DNA from: Candidatus Brocadiia bacterium
GTDB lineage: Bacteria > Planctomycetota > Brocadiia > SM23-32
Reading direction: 5' to 3'
Assembly: GCA_046538485.1 (NCBI GenBank)
Contig: JBKHIT010000002.1
Location: 96,001 to 160,000 of the forward strand
DNA length: 64,000 bases
Shown here piece after piece: positions 38,748 through 49,165 of this stretch. The translations under genes and the position numbers were made by a program. Under the pieces are notes generated by a model. The model was given only the letters and a program-made list of their open reading frames with translations, made no database searches and had not been told where the DNA came from. How positions within the stretch are numbered: the first letter of the stretch is position 1; every line of letters begins with the position of its first letter.

Positions 38748-40151
38748 GTGTCACAAAGTTCTCACGTCCCTCCAAGAAAAAGCGATCTAACCTCCGGCTC
38801 CCTGATGGGCAATCTCGCGCGTCTGGCCCTGCCGCTTGCGGGGACAATGGCGCTTCACATGATTTACTCTGCCGTAGATGCTTTCTGGCTTGGGCATTAC
38901 AGTAAGGAGGCTTTGGCCGCCACCGGGGCATGTCTGCCCTTTCTGTTTGTCGTTATCTCTTTTGGAATGGGTTTCGGGCAAGCAGGCGCCGCACTGGTGG
39001 CGCAATATACCGGGGCAGAAAACCACATGAAAGCAGGGCGAGCTGCTGGCCAGATGTTCATTCTACTGTGTGGGTTAGCGGTTTTACTTGCAGTTCCTCT
39101 TTTCAGTTTTGCACCGCAGGTTCTGAAGCTGGCACAGGTTCCGGAAAACGTAGTCCCACCGGCCACCGGGTTCCTGCGGGTGCTGTTATTTGGGCTCCCT
39201 ATCATGTCTTTTTCGATGGGATATGGATCTGCTTTGAGAGCGATTGGGAACACCACAATTGTTCTTCTAATCGGCGTTGTGACAAACGTAATCAACCTGG
39301 CTCTTGACCCATTACTGATTTTTGGTGTGGGTTTTTTCCCGGAGATGGGGGTAAAAGGGGCGGCTGTCGCGACCGTTTTTGCCCGTCTCATTAATGCTTT
39401 CATTTGTGTCTACGGACTTTCGAAAGGCTGGGCAGGGCTGCGGTTGCACTGGTCCAATTTTCGACCGGACCGGTTTTTAATGAGAAAGACTCTTTCCGTG
39501 GGTTTCCCGGCGGCTATCGGTAACAGCAGCAATTCAGTGGGATTCGCGGTGTTTCAAGTGATGATCAACTCGCTGGGAACGACCGTTATAGGCGGAATGG
39601 TGATAGGTATTCGGGTATTGCACTTTTTCAATATTCCTGCCCAGGCAATGGCCATGGCGGCGGCGCCCGTGGTCGGTCAAAATCTCGGGGCCGGGAAAAA
39701 GGAACTTGCCCGCCGCGGAGTTGAACTGAGTGCGCGCTTTGTGGCCGGTGTCATGCTCATTCCAATGATTCTGCTTGTGACGCAAGGCCACTACGTCGGG
39801 CAACTGTTTACAGACAATGTGGAAATTATCAAAGAAGCGACGAAATTTTTCCGCATAGTCCCCGCTTCTTCCTACTGTTTTGGGGTATTGATGGTTTTGC
39901 TGGCTGCATTTTACGGGTCAGGTCATACGCGCCCCGCGATGTTTGTTCATATAGTAAGGCTCTGGATTTTGCGTTTGCCTCTTGCGTATACTCTGGGTTA
40001 TATACTGGGATTTGGTAGCCGTGGCATTTATTTTGGCATGGTGGCAGGAAACATTATATCGGCCGTGATGACGTATGGTCTTTTCCGCCTGGGAAAATGG
40101 GAATCAGCTGTTGTCGGCGGGGAATTACAATCGGAGAAAGAAAAAAAATGA
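38748..40151 (+). CDS. MATE family efflux transporter
   Basis: DLTSGSL...L.RLALP, NLALDPLLIFG...PEMGVKGAAVAT, VGQNLGAG; ~12 TMs. Confidence 0.92.
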   Translation: MSQSSHVPPRKSDLTSGSLMGNLARLALPLAGTMALHMIYSAVDAFWLGHYSKEALAATGACLPFLFVVISFGMGFGQAGAALVAQYTGAENHMKAGRAAGQMFILLCGLAVLLAVPLFSFAPQVLKLAQVPENVVPPATGFLRVLLFGLPIMSFSMGYGSALRAIGNTTIVLLIGVVTNVINLALDPLLIFGVGFFPEMGVKGAAVATVFARLINAFICVYGLSKGWAGLRLHWSNFRPDRFLMRKTLSVGFPAAIGNSSNSVGFAVFQVMINSLGTTVIGGMVIGIRVLHFFNIPAQAMAMAAAPVVGQNLGAGKKELARRGVELSARFVAGVMLIPMILLVTQGHYVGQLFTDNVEIIKEATKFFRIVPASSYCFGVLMVLLAAFYGSGHTRPAMFVHIVRLWILRLPLAYTLGYILGFGSRGIYFGMVAGNIISAVMTYGLFRLGKWESAVVGGELQSEKEKK

Positions 40152-40353
40152 ACGGAGTATAGCTTGCACTTGGACTCACCCTGTTCGCCGGGATGGCAAC
40201 GGGCATCGGTAGTATCATTGCCTTCTTCGCCCGCCGCAGCAATTACCGTTTCCTGTCGGTTGCAACAGGCTTTTCGGCCGGGGTCATGATAGTCTCATCG
40301 GTCTCATAGCCGGTATGGTCGTTATGGCCCTGAGCCTGTTGATTATGAAATGA
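40148..40353 (+). pseudogene. zupT: zupT (ZIP zinc transporter) remnant with a nonsense codon and a large internal deletion
   Basis: ATG overlaps the MATE stop. [46 protein letters not shown] (ZupT N-terminus) is joined out of frame to [23 protein letters not shown] (ZupT C-terminus). Confidence 0.88.
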
Positions 40354-40411
40354 TGCTGTGACAGGGGCAAAGCGCAGCCTCTGGCTTTATATAAGCAAAT
40401 CTGAAAACGGG

Positions 40412-41398
40412 TTAGCTGTCAGCGGTTGTGTAGACGCCGAGTTCTCTATAGCGCTCGTAACGTTGTTCCAGGACGTCTTCGATTGCCAAATTGCTCAGCT
40501 CATCCAGAGTTTTGATTATATAGCGGCGAATATTTTCGGCCGTGGCGTTTTTATCCCTGTGCGCTCCTCCGATTGGCTCTTCAATAATTTCATCGACTAC
40601 TCCAAATTCGAGCATATCATTGGCGGTTAGTTTCAGAGCCCGAGCGGCATCTTCGGCCTTTTCGGATTCTCGAAAAAGGATAGCTGCACACCCTTCCGGT
40701 GAAATCACGGAGTAGTATGCATTTTGAAGCATGCCATGTCTGTCCCCAACACCGACGCCCAAAGCTCCGCCGCTGCAACCTTCACCCGTTACAACAATGA
40801 TAATAGGCGTTTTAAGGCCTGCCATGCGATAGATATTTTCGGCAATTGCCATGCCCTGACCACGTTCTTCGGCTTCGACAGCCGGGGCGGCTCCCGGGGT
40901 GTCGATAAGGCTGAGGACGGGAAGGCCAAATTTTTCTGCCTGACTCATTTTCGCCAGAGCTTTCCGGTAGCCCTCGGGTTGGGGCATGCCGAAATTGCTT
41001 TTCATTTTTTCCTGGGTATCACGGCCTTTATGTTGGGCAATAAGCATCAGTCGCCGGTTTTCGATGGTTGCAAAACCCGTGATAATCGCGTGGTCATCAC
41101 CGAAACCACGGTCGCCGTGGAGTTCAATAAAATCATCAAAAAGTAACGGAATATAGTCGCGGGACTGAGGTCGTTGAGGATGTCGTGCGAGCTGAACTCT
41201 TTGATATGGAGTAAGGTCCGACATTATTTGGCCTAAGGCCGCGTCACGTTCTTGTTCCAGCGCTGATATTTTCTCACGAAGTTGTTCACCGTTTTCCTCG
41301 TCCAACTGCTGTTGGAGTTCCTCAATTTTCTCATCGAGTTCCCGAACAGGCTCCTCGAAATCGTAATAAAATGGGCCTCGGCCAGCCTTTTTTGCCAT
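40412..41398 (-). CDS. accA: Acetyl-CoA carboxylase carboxyltransferase alpha subunit
   Basis: YDFEEP, QLARHPQRP, ELHGDR.FGDD, NFGMPQPEGYRKA, IDTPGA, AEERGQ, GEGCSGGA, YSVISPEGCA. Confidence 0.96.
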   Translation of the reverse strand: MAKKAGRGPFYYDFEEPVRELDEKIEELQQQLDEENGEQLREKISALEQERDAALGQIMSDLTPYQRVQLARHPQRPQSRDYIPLLFDDFIELHGDRGFGDDHAIITGFATIENRRLMLIAQHKGRDTQEKMKSNFGMPQPEGYRKALAKMSQAEKFGLPVLSLIDTPGAAPAVEAEERGQGMAIAENIYRMAGLKTPIIIVVTGEGCSGGALGVGVGDRHGMLQNAYYSVISPEGCAAILFRESEKAEDAARALKLTANDMLEFGVVDEIIEEPIGGAHRDKNATAENIRRYIIKTLDELSNLAIEDVLEQRYERYRELGVYTTADS

Positions 41399-41569
41399 TG
41401 GGAACGATAACTCCTCAAGATGAAGACCTGTTGGGCAATGGGGCGAGTGCGGCCTTATCCCCAATCCGGTCCGAATATTTTAGGAGTCGGGCGGTTTTGA
41501 ATCAAGCCGTTATGGGGCGTATAATTGCGATCTACACTCTTGTGTTCTTCTCTGCATTTTGAGGTCGAC

Positions 41570-42805
41570 GTGAAAAACTTCTCTGAATTCGATGTCCGAT
41601 GTATGAAACGAGCACTTCGATTGGCCTGCAAAGGGAAGGGATATGTGGAGCCCAATCCTATGGTCGGGGCTGTAGTGTCGAAAAACGGGAAGATCATTGG
41701 CGAAGGGTACCACGCGGGTTTCGGAAAACTTCATGCGGAGATTGAGGCATTGAAGGACGTCGTGGCCAAAGGAAACGATCCTGACGATGCAACGATGTAC
41801 GTGACGCTGGAGCCTTGCGCGCACGAAGGGAAAACCCCGCCCTGTGCACCTGAGATTGTTGAGGCTGGTCTTTCACGCGTGATTATTGCGACCGAAGATC
41901 CGCTGTGGGCATATCATGCTCATCGCGAATCGGGGGACATCGAAAAAAGAAGAGGGATTGAAGTTCTCAGCCAGAATGGCGTTGAAACCGCCTGCGGTCT
42001 TTGCAGCGGCAAAGCATTAATGCTCAATGCGCCGTTCTTTAAAAGGTTTGCAGAAGACCTTCCGCTTGTGACGGCAAAATGGGCCATGAGTGTTGACGGG
42101 AAAATTGCCACACGGACGGGAGAGTCGAAATGGATCAGCGGTCCGGAAAGCCGCCGAATCGTACATGAGATTCGGGGACAGGTCGATGCCGTGATAATCG
42201 GGAGCAGTACGGCGATTCAGGACGATCCTATGTTGAATTGCCGGGATGCAGAAACCCGTCGGGAGGCTCTACGTGTCGTTCTCTGCGGGAACACGCTACC
42301 GCCCAGAGAATGCAGATTGGTGCAAACGGCACGAGAGTTGCCTGTCTTGATCGTAACAACCTGCAAGAGGACGGAAGAGGAGTTGGCTTATCTGCGGGGA
42401 GCAGGTTGCGAGGTGCTGCAGGTTGCTCCATCGCCATCCGGAGCCAACACAGTTGACTTACGGGGCATGCTGGAGCATCTCGCCGGACGAGGGGCTTCGC
42501 GGGTCATGGTTGAAGGGGGACGAGAGGTTTTTGGTAGTTTTTTCGACGGGGAACTGGTCGATGAGGCGGTTATTTTCATTGCGCCGATCGTTATTGGAGG
42601 ACGTGACGCCGTGACAGCCGTCGGCGGAATAGGAGATGAGACGGTGGAAGAGTCGATGTCGTTGCTGGGCCCCATATTGACTGATGAAGAACTCGGGGAT
42701 CTGCCGGCAAAACCATGTGTGAGCATTCAATCGGTGGGACCAGATATCCTCGTTCGGGGGTGGGTTAAAGATCCGAGGCAGTGGTTTAACGGCAAGACAG
42801 GCTGA
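41570..42805 (+). CDS. ribD: Bifunctional riboflavin deaminase/reductase
   Basis: PNPMVGAV, HAE, TLEPC.HEGKTPPC, KWAMSVDGKIA, SKWIS, DDP.L, VEGG. Confidence 0.95.
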   Translation: MKNFSEFDVRCMKRALRLACKGKGYVEPNPMVGAVVSKNGKIIGEGYHAGFGKLHAEIEALKDVVAKGNDPDDATMYVTLEPCAHEGKTPPCAPEIVEAGLSRVIIATEDPLWAYHAHRESGDIEKRRGIEVLSQNGVETACGLCSGKALMLNAPFFKRFAEDLPLVTAKWAMSVDGKIATRTGESKWISGPESRRIVHEIRGQVDAVIIGSSTAIQDDPMLNCRDAETRREALRVVLCGNTLPPRECRLVQTARELPVLIVTTCKRTEEELAYLRGAGCEVLQVAPSPSGANTVDLRGMLEHLAGRGASRVMVEGGREVFGSFFDGELVDEAVIFIAPIVIGGRDAVTAVGGIGDETVEESMSLLGPILTDEELGDLPAKPCVSIQSVGPDILVRGWVKDPRQWFNGKTG

Positions 42806-42968
42806 AAAGCCGTTTCGAGCGCTACCGGTCCTGTGTTATACTGTAGTTTCGGGGATAATGTGAGTTTTGAATAACATTGTCTGCCAACGGTTATCGTTTG
42901 CATTTCCCCGAGGCAAGGTCGGGTGCCCGGGTTGCCTGACCCTCCTGGAGCTTTAATTTTAAGAGAGC

Positions 42969-43649
42969 ATGATGAGTGGACAAGGACTGATATTTCAGAT
43001 TTACGTGACGCTACGGCAGGAATTTGGTCAGCAAAATTGGTGGCCGGCCGAAACACCGTTCGAAGTGATGGTTGGGGCAGTGTTAACTCAGAACACGAAC
43101 TGGCAAAATGCAGAGGAAGCTATCAAAAACTTGCGGGGTGCGAATTTGCTGGATCCGACGGCTCTGGCAAAGACGGATCCCGAAAAGATCCAGGAACTGA
43201 TTAAACCGGCAGGTTATTACCGACAAAAAGCGGCGAGGTTGAAAAGGCTGACCGACTGGGTCATGAAACGTTTTGTCCCGGGAGATACGGAGTTCGGAGC
43301 AATTCAGTGGGAACCAGCCGATGTGCTTAGAGAAGAACTGCTTGCCATAAACGGGATTGGTCCGGAAACGGCGGATAGTATTCTTTTGTATGCGCTGGAG
43401 AAACCTGTGTTTGTGATTGATGCATATACGGTAAGGATTCTGGGCCGGCACGGTCTAATAACTGGTGAGGCTGCTTACCAGGAGGTCCAGGAAGAATTCC
43501 AGTACCGTTTACCCCCTGATGTGGAGATTTATAAGGATTTTCACGCGCAGCTTGTGGAGCTGGGGAAACGTTTTTGCAAAAAAAGCTCCCCAAAATGTGA
43601 AGAGTGTCCCGTCCGCCCTCTGCTTGGCTTACCGGAGATTGAGTTTTAA
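42969..43649 (+). CDS. Endonuclease III-related HhH-GPD DNA glycosylase
   Basis: WWPAETPFEVMVGAVLTQNTNW, GYYRQKA, GIGPETADSILLYA, VIDAYT, FHAQLV..GK.FC. Confidence 0.9.
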   Translation: MMSGQGLIFQIYVTLRQEFGQQNWWPAETPFEVMVGAVLTQNTNWQNAEEAIKNLRGANLLDPTALAKTDPEKIQELIKPAGYYRQKAARLKRLTDWVMKRFVPGDTEFGAIQWEPADVLREELLAINGIGPETADSILLYALEKPVFVIDAYTVRILGRHGLITGEAAYQEVQEEFQYRLPPDVEIYKDFHAQLVELGKRFCKKSSPKCEECPVRPLLGLPEIEF

Positions 43650-43828
43650 AATGCGCGATGCAATGGGGGGCAAAAAGCTTTTTTTGCAAGTCGGACATGT
43701 TGCGGCGTCCAGCCGAAAAAGGATAAAATATAAAGAGAAGTTTTTCGGCTATATGTGACAAGTAAGCGTCGGGTTCTCGGGGTGTTTTTGTTGATGAAAG
43801 AGGCATTTAAGGCGGTGTAAAACATTCT

Positions 43829-46800
43829 ATGAATGCTAAAATTTGCTCCCGGTGCGGCAAGCCAATTCCGGACGATGCGCGGATCGAAAATAGACTGTGT
43901 CCGCACTGCGGAGTAACCCTTGAAGAAAGTTCGAGTTCTCGGAGCCGATCCACTACAGAGCCCGTTGATTACGATCAGGAAAGTTTGGAAGAGGACTACG
44001 AAAATATCGGTGCGGGAGACGTCGTACAGGGCTTTCAGATCGAGGAAAAAGTTGGGGGGGGCGGCATGGGGGTCGTCTACCGTGCCAAGCAGCTATCGTT
44101 GAATCGGCCGGTTGCTCTCAAAGTTCTTCCCAAAAAATACGCAACGAACCGGGAATTTGTGAGCTTTTTCGACAGCGAGACAGAAACCCTGGCGTCGCTG
44201 AATCATCCAAACATTGTCAGTATTATTGATCGCGGGCACGAAGGGGATACGTATTTTTTTGCCATGGAATATGTTGAGGGAACCACGCTCAAACGGGTTG
44301 TGGAGGAGGGCAAAGCCACGGTGGACTTTGTATTGCGGATCCTCCGTCAGGCCGCTCGGGCCTTGCGGTACGTTCATTCAAAAGGAATCATTCACTGCGA
44401 TATCAAACTCGGCAATATAATGCTCGACGAACGAAAAAACGTGAAAATTGCCGACTTTGGTCTGGCTCGAATTCTTGCCGGAGGAGAACCGGAAGAAGAC
44501 GAGGGACGCGTCATAGGAACCCGGGGCTATATGCCTCCGGAACAACAGCAGGATATCGCTAACACGGACGAAAGAAGCGATATCTTCTCGCTGGGGGCTG
44601 TTATTTACAGGTTGCTGACCGATCATCTCCCCTTTGATCTCCCTCCGGATTCTGTTGAGAAATACCGTCCCGGGATAGATGATCAGTTAAATCGCATTGT
44701 TATGAAGTGTCTTGAAAAAGATCGAGCTGACCGTTTCCAGACGGCAGATGAATTGCTTTCGGCTGTTGACGATTACCGGAACGAATTGACGCTCGTGCGC
44801 AAAAAGTGTCCGCGGTGTGGGAGCGCCAATCCGATGGAAGAAGATGTTTGTCTCAATTGCGGGGCCGATCTTTCCATTTTGCTCGATGTGTGCCCGGAAT
44901 GCGGTGCGGAAAATCCGCCTGAACAGGTTGAATGTAGCGTTTGCGGAACGAATCTTCGCGAACGGCGCAGCCAGTTAGCCACCGATATAAGTCGTGCGTT
45001 TGACCGTGCGCGTAGCCTGGCGGCCGTTGGTAAATATCTCGCGGCTGTTGAAGAACTTGAGTCGGTGACACAAATTAAGGGGAGTTTGTTCGTATATGCC
45101 CGCGAGCAGGCCGAGAATCTTATTCAGAAATATAAAGATCAACAGCGTGAAGAGTGTGAGCGAGCTCTTAAGAAAGGCAAAAAACTGGCCCGTAATGGAC
45201 AACTTGGCCTGGCGGTCGAGGCCCTTGAAAATATGCCCGGGGGGGGAGCGGAAGCCGAGAACGTTGAGGAACTGATCTGCAAAATCCGCAAGGTGATGGA
45301 TAAAAGTGAACACCGGGTGCAAAACGCTATCGAACAACTCGAGAAATACGAATGCGAGAAAGCCGAAGCGCTTATTGATAAGGTGAAATCTGATTGGGCA
45401 ACATGCCCGGGACTCAGCGATGCACGATACAGGTTACAGGCGATTCGTCAGACGCGACAATTAATTATTGACGAGTTGAAAGAGGTCGATGGCTGGCTCG
45501 CGCAAGGGGATTATGAGAAGGCGCGATCTGCGCTGAGTTCTCTTGGTGAGTCTATGCCTGAAGATCCTATTCTCGAAGCGAAATTCAGGGAGATTCAACT
45601 GCGTGAACGACGGCCTCAGCTTGAGACATTCATTCAGGAGGCCCGGGAGGCCGAAAAAAAAGGATTACCGGAATTGGCACGCCGGAAATGGAAACGAGCT
45701 GCTGAACTGTTCAGTGAGGATGAGCCGTATCGCGAGAAACTTCTTAGCAAAGCCGAAGCTACCCGCCAGAATGCGGAAGGTGAGTCGAAACCTTTATTGC
45801 TTGATGAATCGAATACGGAACCCAAACAAGCGGGACTTCGAGTTTCAAAAAGTCAGCATTCGTCACGGTGGTTTATAGCGGGTGCAATAGCACTGTTTAT
45901 ACTGCTGGTCGCTGCCGCTGTTTATATGACCTATGGTCGTCCTGGGCCTGGAAGCTTTGCCAATGAGATGCCGCCGCAAGCAAAGGGTAAAGTGGTTCTG
46001 GGAGAGGAGAACGGCGACGGAAAGCAGGAAACTCGAAATAACGATGACGATGAACCATTCCCAAAACCCAAGGACCAGAGGTTTTTTGTCGATCATTTTG
46101 GTTCTGGAAAAGCCGAGGACTGGAATTTTCAGAGGGGCACATGGATCGTTTCATCAATTGGACGGCGAACCTTGCGTTCGATTACCGGAGAAGGCCCCTC
46201 GCTCGCAACGCACAAGTATTTCGATGAAAAAAATTGTGATATTAGCGTTTGGTGCCGACTTGACGCAGCGCGGGGCGAGAATGCCAGCGTGGCTCTGGCC
46301 GGGAGGCGACGGAAGAACTCAGAACTCAGAGTCGTTGTTCGCAAAAGGAATGAGGCTTATGAAGCACAGTTTGTCGGTATAATGAAGGGGCAAATTATCG
46401 TAAAGAATCCACCGACCAAACTGCCTCTGCCCGCGAATATGCCTTTCGATGGGGAAATACAGCTCCAAGCCGTTGACAACGATGCCATTGCAAAGGTCGA
46501 CGGTGAGGAAGTCGGACGATTTAGGAAACTGCCGGATGCCTTGTGCAAAACCGGAGGCGTTGGCTTGCGGGCGAATTCGTGCCGTAGTTCCTGGGACGAC
46601 ATAGAACTCCAGGCGGCGCGTGAACTTGAGTTTGTCGCGCAAGAAACCGAAATCAAAAAATCGCCTCTCAAACCCGAGCCTGAAGAAGAAAGATTGCCCT
46701 CGCTTGTTGAGATGAAACCGGCTCCGAATACGCGGCCGGCAAACCTGGTGAATTATTCGATAGGTTTAAGACAAAGTTTCACACACAACAACGCGGGCTG

Positions 46801-47854
46801 GAAGCCCCAAAAAGGCAAATGGGAAGGAATCGGGGGGCGATATCATTTCGATGGCAAAGGAACAGGTCTGAGCATATGCACCTTGGGGGCCTTCGGGGAA
46901 ATGGAAATCCGCACCAGTATGAGAGCACGAAGGGGCAGCGGAGACCCTGGGAAACAGGTTGTCGGAGTCTACGCCCGCTATCAGAATTCCGACAATTACA
47001 TATTTTTCGGAATGGTAGGGGCGCGCAAGAACGAAAAATCGGGTTGGGATGTCCAGTTGAAAGCACGAAAAGATGGCGAAGAAACCGTCCTGACGGTCCC
47101 CGGAGGGCCTTATGTTTCCCCCGCAGATCAACGGATAGACATCCGTCTGACCGTTGCCAAGGGCCGAGTATCAGGGGAGTTTAACGGTCAGACTGTCCTC
47201 AGTATGGAAAACGTGAACCTTCACGCTCCTGCAGGAGGGGCTATCGGCTTGGGAGCGCGGAATGTGAGTGTTTCTTTTGCACAGACCATTTCCCGTGCCG
47301 TTCAGCCGGCCGAAAGCAGCGAGCCGATGCTGAGCGGATTAAATCTGGATGTCCCCGACGAGACGAAACCTCTTCGCACGGATCCGCCCGCGCTGTGCGG
47401 TCTCAAAGGGCGGAACCGATACCACATTTTGCTGAACAATGTGGAAGCGGTTGAAGGAGCTATATCCTTGCGTGCGAGACTTCAGAACCTTGAAAGTAAC
47501 GCGAACGTTTCCCTCTGCGCCCGCGATCTTCGCGAACCAAGACAGATGGTTGCCGGGGCTGTGGAGTTTGGCCGGACGATCGGGGGGGAAGCTCGTTTGC
47601 TGGGAAAAATTAGCCCGGATGAAAGAACCCTTGAGGGTGTCTACGCGCGGAAAAAGTTCGACAAATTAGATGGGGAAGAGCCGCTTGAAATAAAATTGGA
47701 GTTGCGAAAAGGAAAAGCTGTCTTGTGGGTAAACGGTAAAAACGCGGTTGAGTACAGCGGCGGGAAAGCTCCCATACCGTCAAAAGCCGGGCGCTGGGGT
47801 TTTACGAGTTCTTATTGTTATGCCACGATCGATCGAATCGAATTGCAATTCTAG
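43829..47854 (+). CDS. Membrane-anchored Ser/Thr protein kinase with zinc ribbons, helical repeats and extracytoplasmic beta-sandwich domains
   Basis: GGGGMGVVY, VALK, HCDIKLGN, DFG, GT.GYMPPEQ, SDIFSLG; multiple CxxC pairs; TM WFIAGAIALFILLVAAAVY. Confidence 0.9.
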   Translation: MNAKICSRCGKPIPDDARIENRLCPHCGVTLEESSSSRSRSTTEPVDYDQESLEEDYENIGAGDVVQGFQIEEKVGGGGMGVVYRAKQLSLNRPVALKVLPKKYATNREFVSFFDSETETLASLNHPNIVSIIDRGHEGDTYFFAMEYVEGTTLKRVVEEGKATVDFVLRILRQAARALRYVHSKGIIHCDIKLGNIMLDERKNVKIADFGLARILAGGEPEEDEGRVIGTRGYMPPEQQQDIANTDERSDIFSLGAVIYRLLTDHLPFDLPPDSVEKYRPGIDDQLNRIVMKCLEKDRADRFQTADELLSAVDDYRNELTLVRKKCPRCGSANPMEEDVCLNCGADLSILLDVCPECGAENPPEQVECSVCGTNLRERRSQLATDISRAFDRARSLAAVGKYLAAVEELESVTQIKGSLFVYAREQAENLIQKYKDQQREECERALKKGKKLARNGQLGLAVEALENMPGGGAEAENVEELICKIRKVMDKSEHRVQNAIEQLEKYECEKAEALIDKVKSDWATCPGLSDARYRLQAIRQTRQLIIDELKEVDGWLAQGDYEKARSALSSLGESMPEDPILEAKFREIQLRERRPQLETFIQEAREAEKKGLPELARRKWKRAAELFSEDEPYREKLLSKAEATRQNAEGESKPLLLDESNTEPKQAGLRVSKSQHSSRWFIAGAIALFILLVAAAVYMTYGRPGPGSFANEMPPQAKGKVVLGEENGDGKQETRNNDDDEPFPKPKDQRFFVDHFGSGKAEDWNFQRGTWIVSSIGRRTLRSITGEGPSLATHKYFDEKNCDISVWCRLDAARGENASVALAGRRRKNSELRVVVRKRNEAYEAQFVGIMKGQIIVKNPPTKLPLPANMPFDGEIQLQAVDNDAIAKVDGEEVGRFRKLPDALCKTGGVGLRANSCRSSWDDIELQAARELEFVAQETEIKKSPLKPEPEEERLPSLVEMKPAPNTRPANLVNYSIGLRQSFTHNNAGWKPQKGKWEGIGGRYHFDGKGTGLSICTLGAFGEMEIRTSMRARRGSGDPGKQVVGVYARYQNSDNYIFFGMVGARKNEKSGWDVQLKARKDGEETVLTVPGGPYVSPADQRIDIRLTVAKGRVSGEFNGQTVLSMENVNLHAPAGGAIGLGARNVSVSFAQTISRAVQPAESSEPMLSGLNLDVPDETKPLRTDPPALCGLKGRNRYHILLNNVEAVEGAISLRARLQNLESNANVSLCARDLREPRQMVAGAVEFGRTIGGEARLLGKISPDERTLEGVYARKKFDKLDGEEPLEIKLELRKGKAVLWVNGKNAVEYSGGKAPIPSKAGRWGFTSSYCYATIDRIELQF

Positions 47855-48070
47855 CCCGGATTTTACGGATAATTGGAACCTGCTATTGTCAAGGCGCACG
47901 GTCCTTGTTTACTGGCTACCGCTAAAAACGCTTCTCAACCAAAAAATGCAGGCTTGCCCCGGTCGTTTATCAGATGTTTGTGTGTCTTTTATTGTCATCG
48001 TCAGCTCTGTCGAGACTCTACAAACGTTGTTGCTTTCGGTCAGGATAACAACGGTAAGTGTCACGACCAC

Positions 48071-48099
48071 TTGACCGCTCTCCGGTCGCGTGATATCTT
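48071..48099 (+). promoter_or_regulatory. Putative sigma70 promoter for the HIT gene
   Basis: TTGACC-N17-TATCTT with an extended -10 TG, 35 bp before ATG 48134. Confidence 0.5.
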
Positions 48100-48133
48100 G
48101 CAATTTGTGGCTTTTCCCGGAGACAGGACGACT

Positions 48134-48553
48134 ATGAATGCTGAAACTGAGTGTGTTTTTTGCCAGATCATTGCTGGAGATATCCCGGCCGCAACCCTGA
48201 TTGAAACGGAGAAAGTTCTGAGTTTTCTGGATATCGCTCCGGTCAATCCCGGTCACGCTCTGGTGATTCCTAAACGCCATGTCGAGACGCTCCTGGATCT
48301 CACACAGGATGAACTACACAAGCTGGTTTTTATGGTCCAGCGCATTGCCCGGGCTACGACGACTGCTACGGATGCTGATGGGTTTAATGTGCTTCAAAAC
48401 AACCATGAATGTGCGGGTCAGGAAATTCCCCATCTCCATTTTCACGTCATCCCGCGTTTCTTCGACGACGACTTCAAATTCGGCTGGCGACAACAAAGCT
48501 ACGAAGAAGGGGAAATCGAATCGTTGCAGCAAGATGTCAAGAAGTTGCTGTAA
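48134..48553 (+). CDS. HIT family nucleotide hydrolase
   Basis: CVFCQII.G.IP, FLDIAP..PGH.LVIPK.H, AGQ.IPHLHFHVIPR. Confidence 0.93.
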   Translation: MNAETECVFCQIIAGDIPAATLIETEKVLSFLDIAPVNPGHALVIPKRHVETLLDLTQDELHKLVFMVQRIARATTTATDADGFNVLQNNHECAGQEIPHLHFHVIPRFFDDDFKFGWRQQSYEEGEIESLQQDVKKLL

Positions 48554-48687
48554 CTTCCAGAAGGCCCAAAATGTAGCAGCCGGCGGGGTGAGGTTTGTCT
48601 CACTTTTGTGAATCCCACCCGAATGTAAGGACTTCTCGATTTGGTGTTTTTATGCCGATACCATTGTTATTTGCGAAAGGTTGATAA

Positions 48688-49131
48688 ATGGACAAGAAAC
48701 AAATACTCAAGGCAGCGATAAAAAAAGAAGTCGAGGCGCATGATCTCTATGCGGATATGGCTGAAAGAACCGACAATCCGGGAGCGCGTTCTCTGCTTGA
48801 GGATCTCGCTGAAGAGGAAGACGGCCATCGCCAGCTTCTGGAAGGCCTGTCCGCCGAGGAAATTGATAAATTCACCCCTCCTGAAAAACGGGATCTGAAA
48901 CTTACGGAACATCTCAAGTCCAAACCTCTTAAAGAAAATAGCAGTCTGCAGGACGTTCTGGTTCACGCCATGGAACGTGAAAAAAGGGCTCGCGAGTTTT
49001 ATGAAACGATGGCGCAATCGACCGATGGTAAGACGTGGAGTACGCTTTTCGGTAAACTCGCGAAAATGGAAAATACACATAAAGCGCGCCTGGAGGAGTT
49101 TTACGAAGAGGTTTTTCTTCAGGAAATGTGA
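48688..49131 (+). CDS. Ferritin-like/rubrerythrin-family diiron protein
   Basis: AIKKEVEA..LY...LAEEE..H and AMERE..A..FY...LAKME..H. Confidence 0.88.
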   Translation: MDKKQILKAAIKKEVEAHDLYADMAERTDNPGARSLLEDLAEEEDGHRQLLEGLSAEEIDKFTPPEKRDLKLTEHLKSKPLKENSSLQDVLVHAMEREKRAREFYETMAQSTDGKTWSTLFGKLAKMENTHKARLEEFYEEVFLQEM

Positions 49132-49165
49132 CGCACCTCCGGATAAGTAAAGAAGGAGTTCAACA

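Noticed and set aside
40160..40162. In-frame TAG in zupT as possible pyrrolysine or stop-codon recoding
   Set aside because: The same gene has a frameshifting deletion, and TAG acts as a normal stop elsewhere (e.g. trxB, lnt, the kinase).
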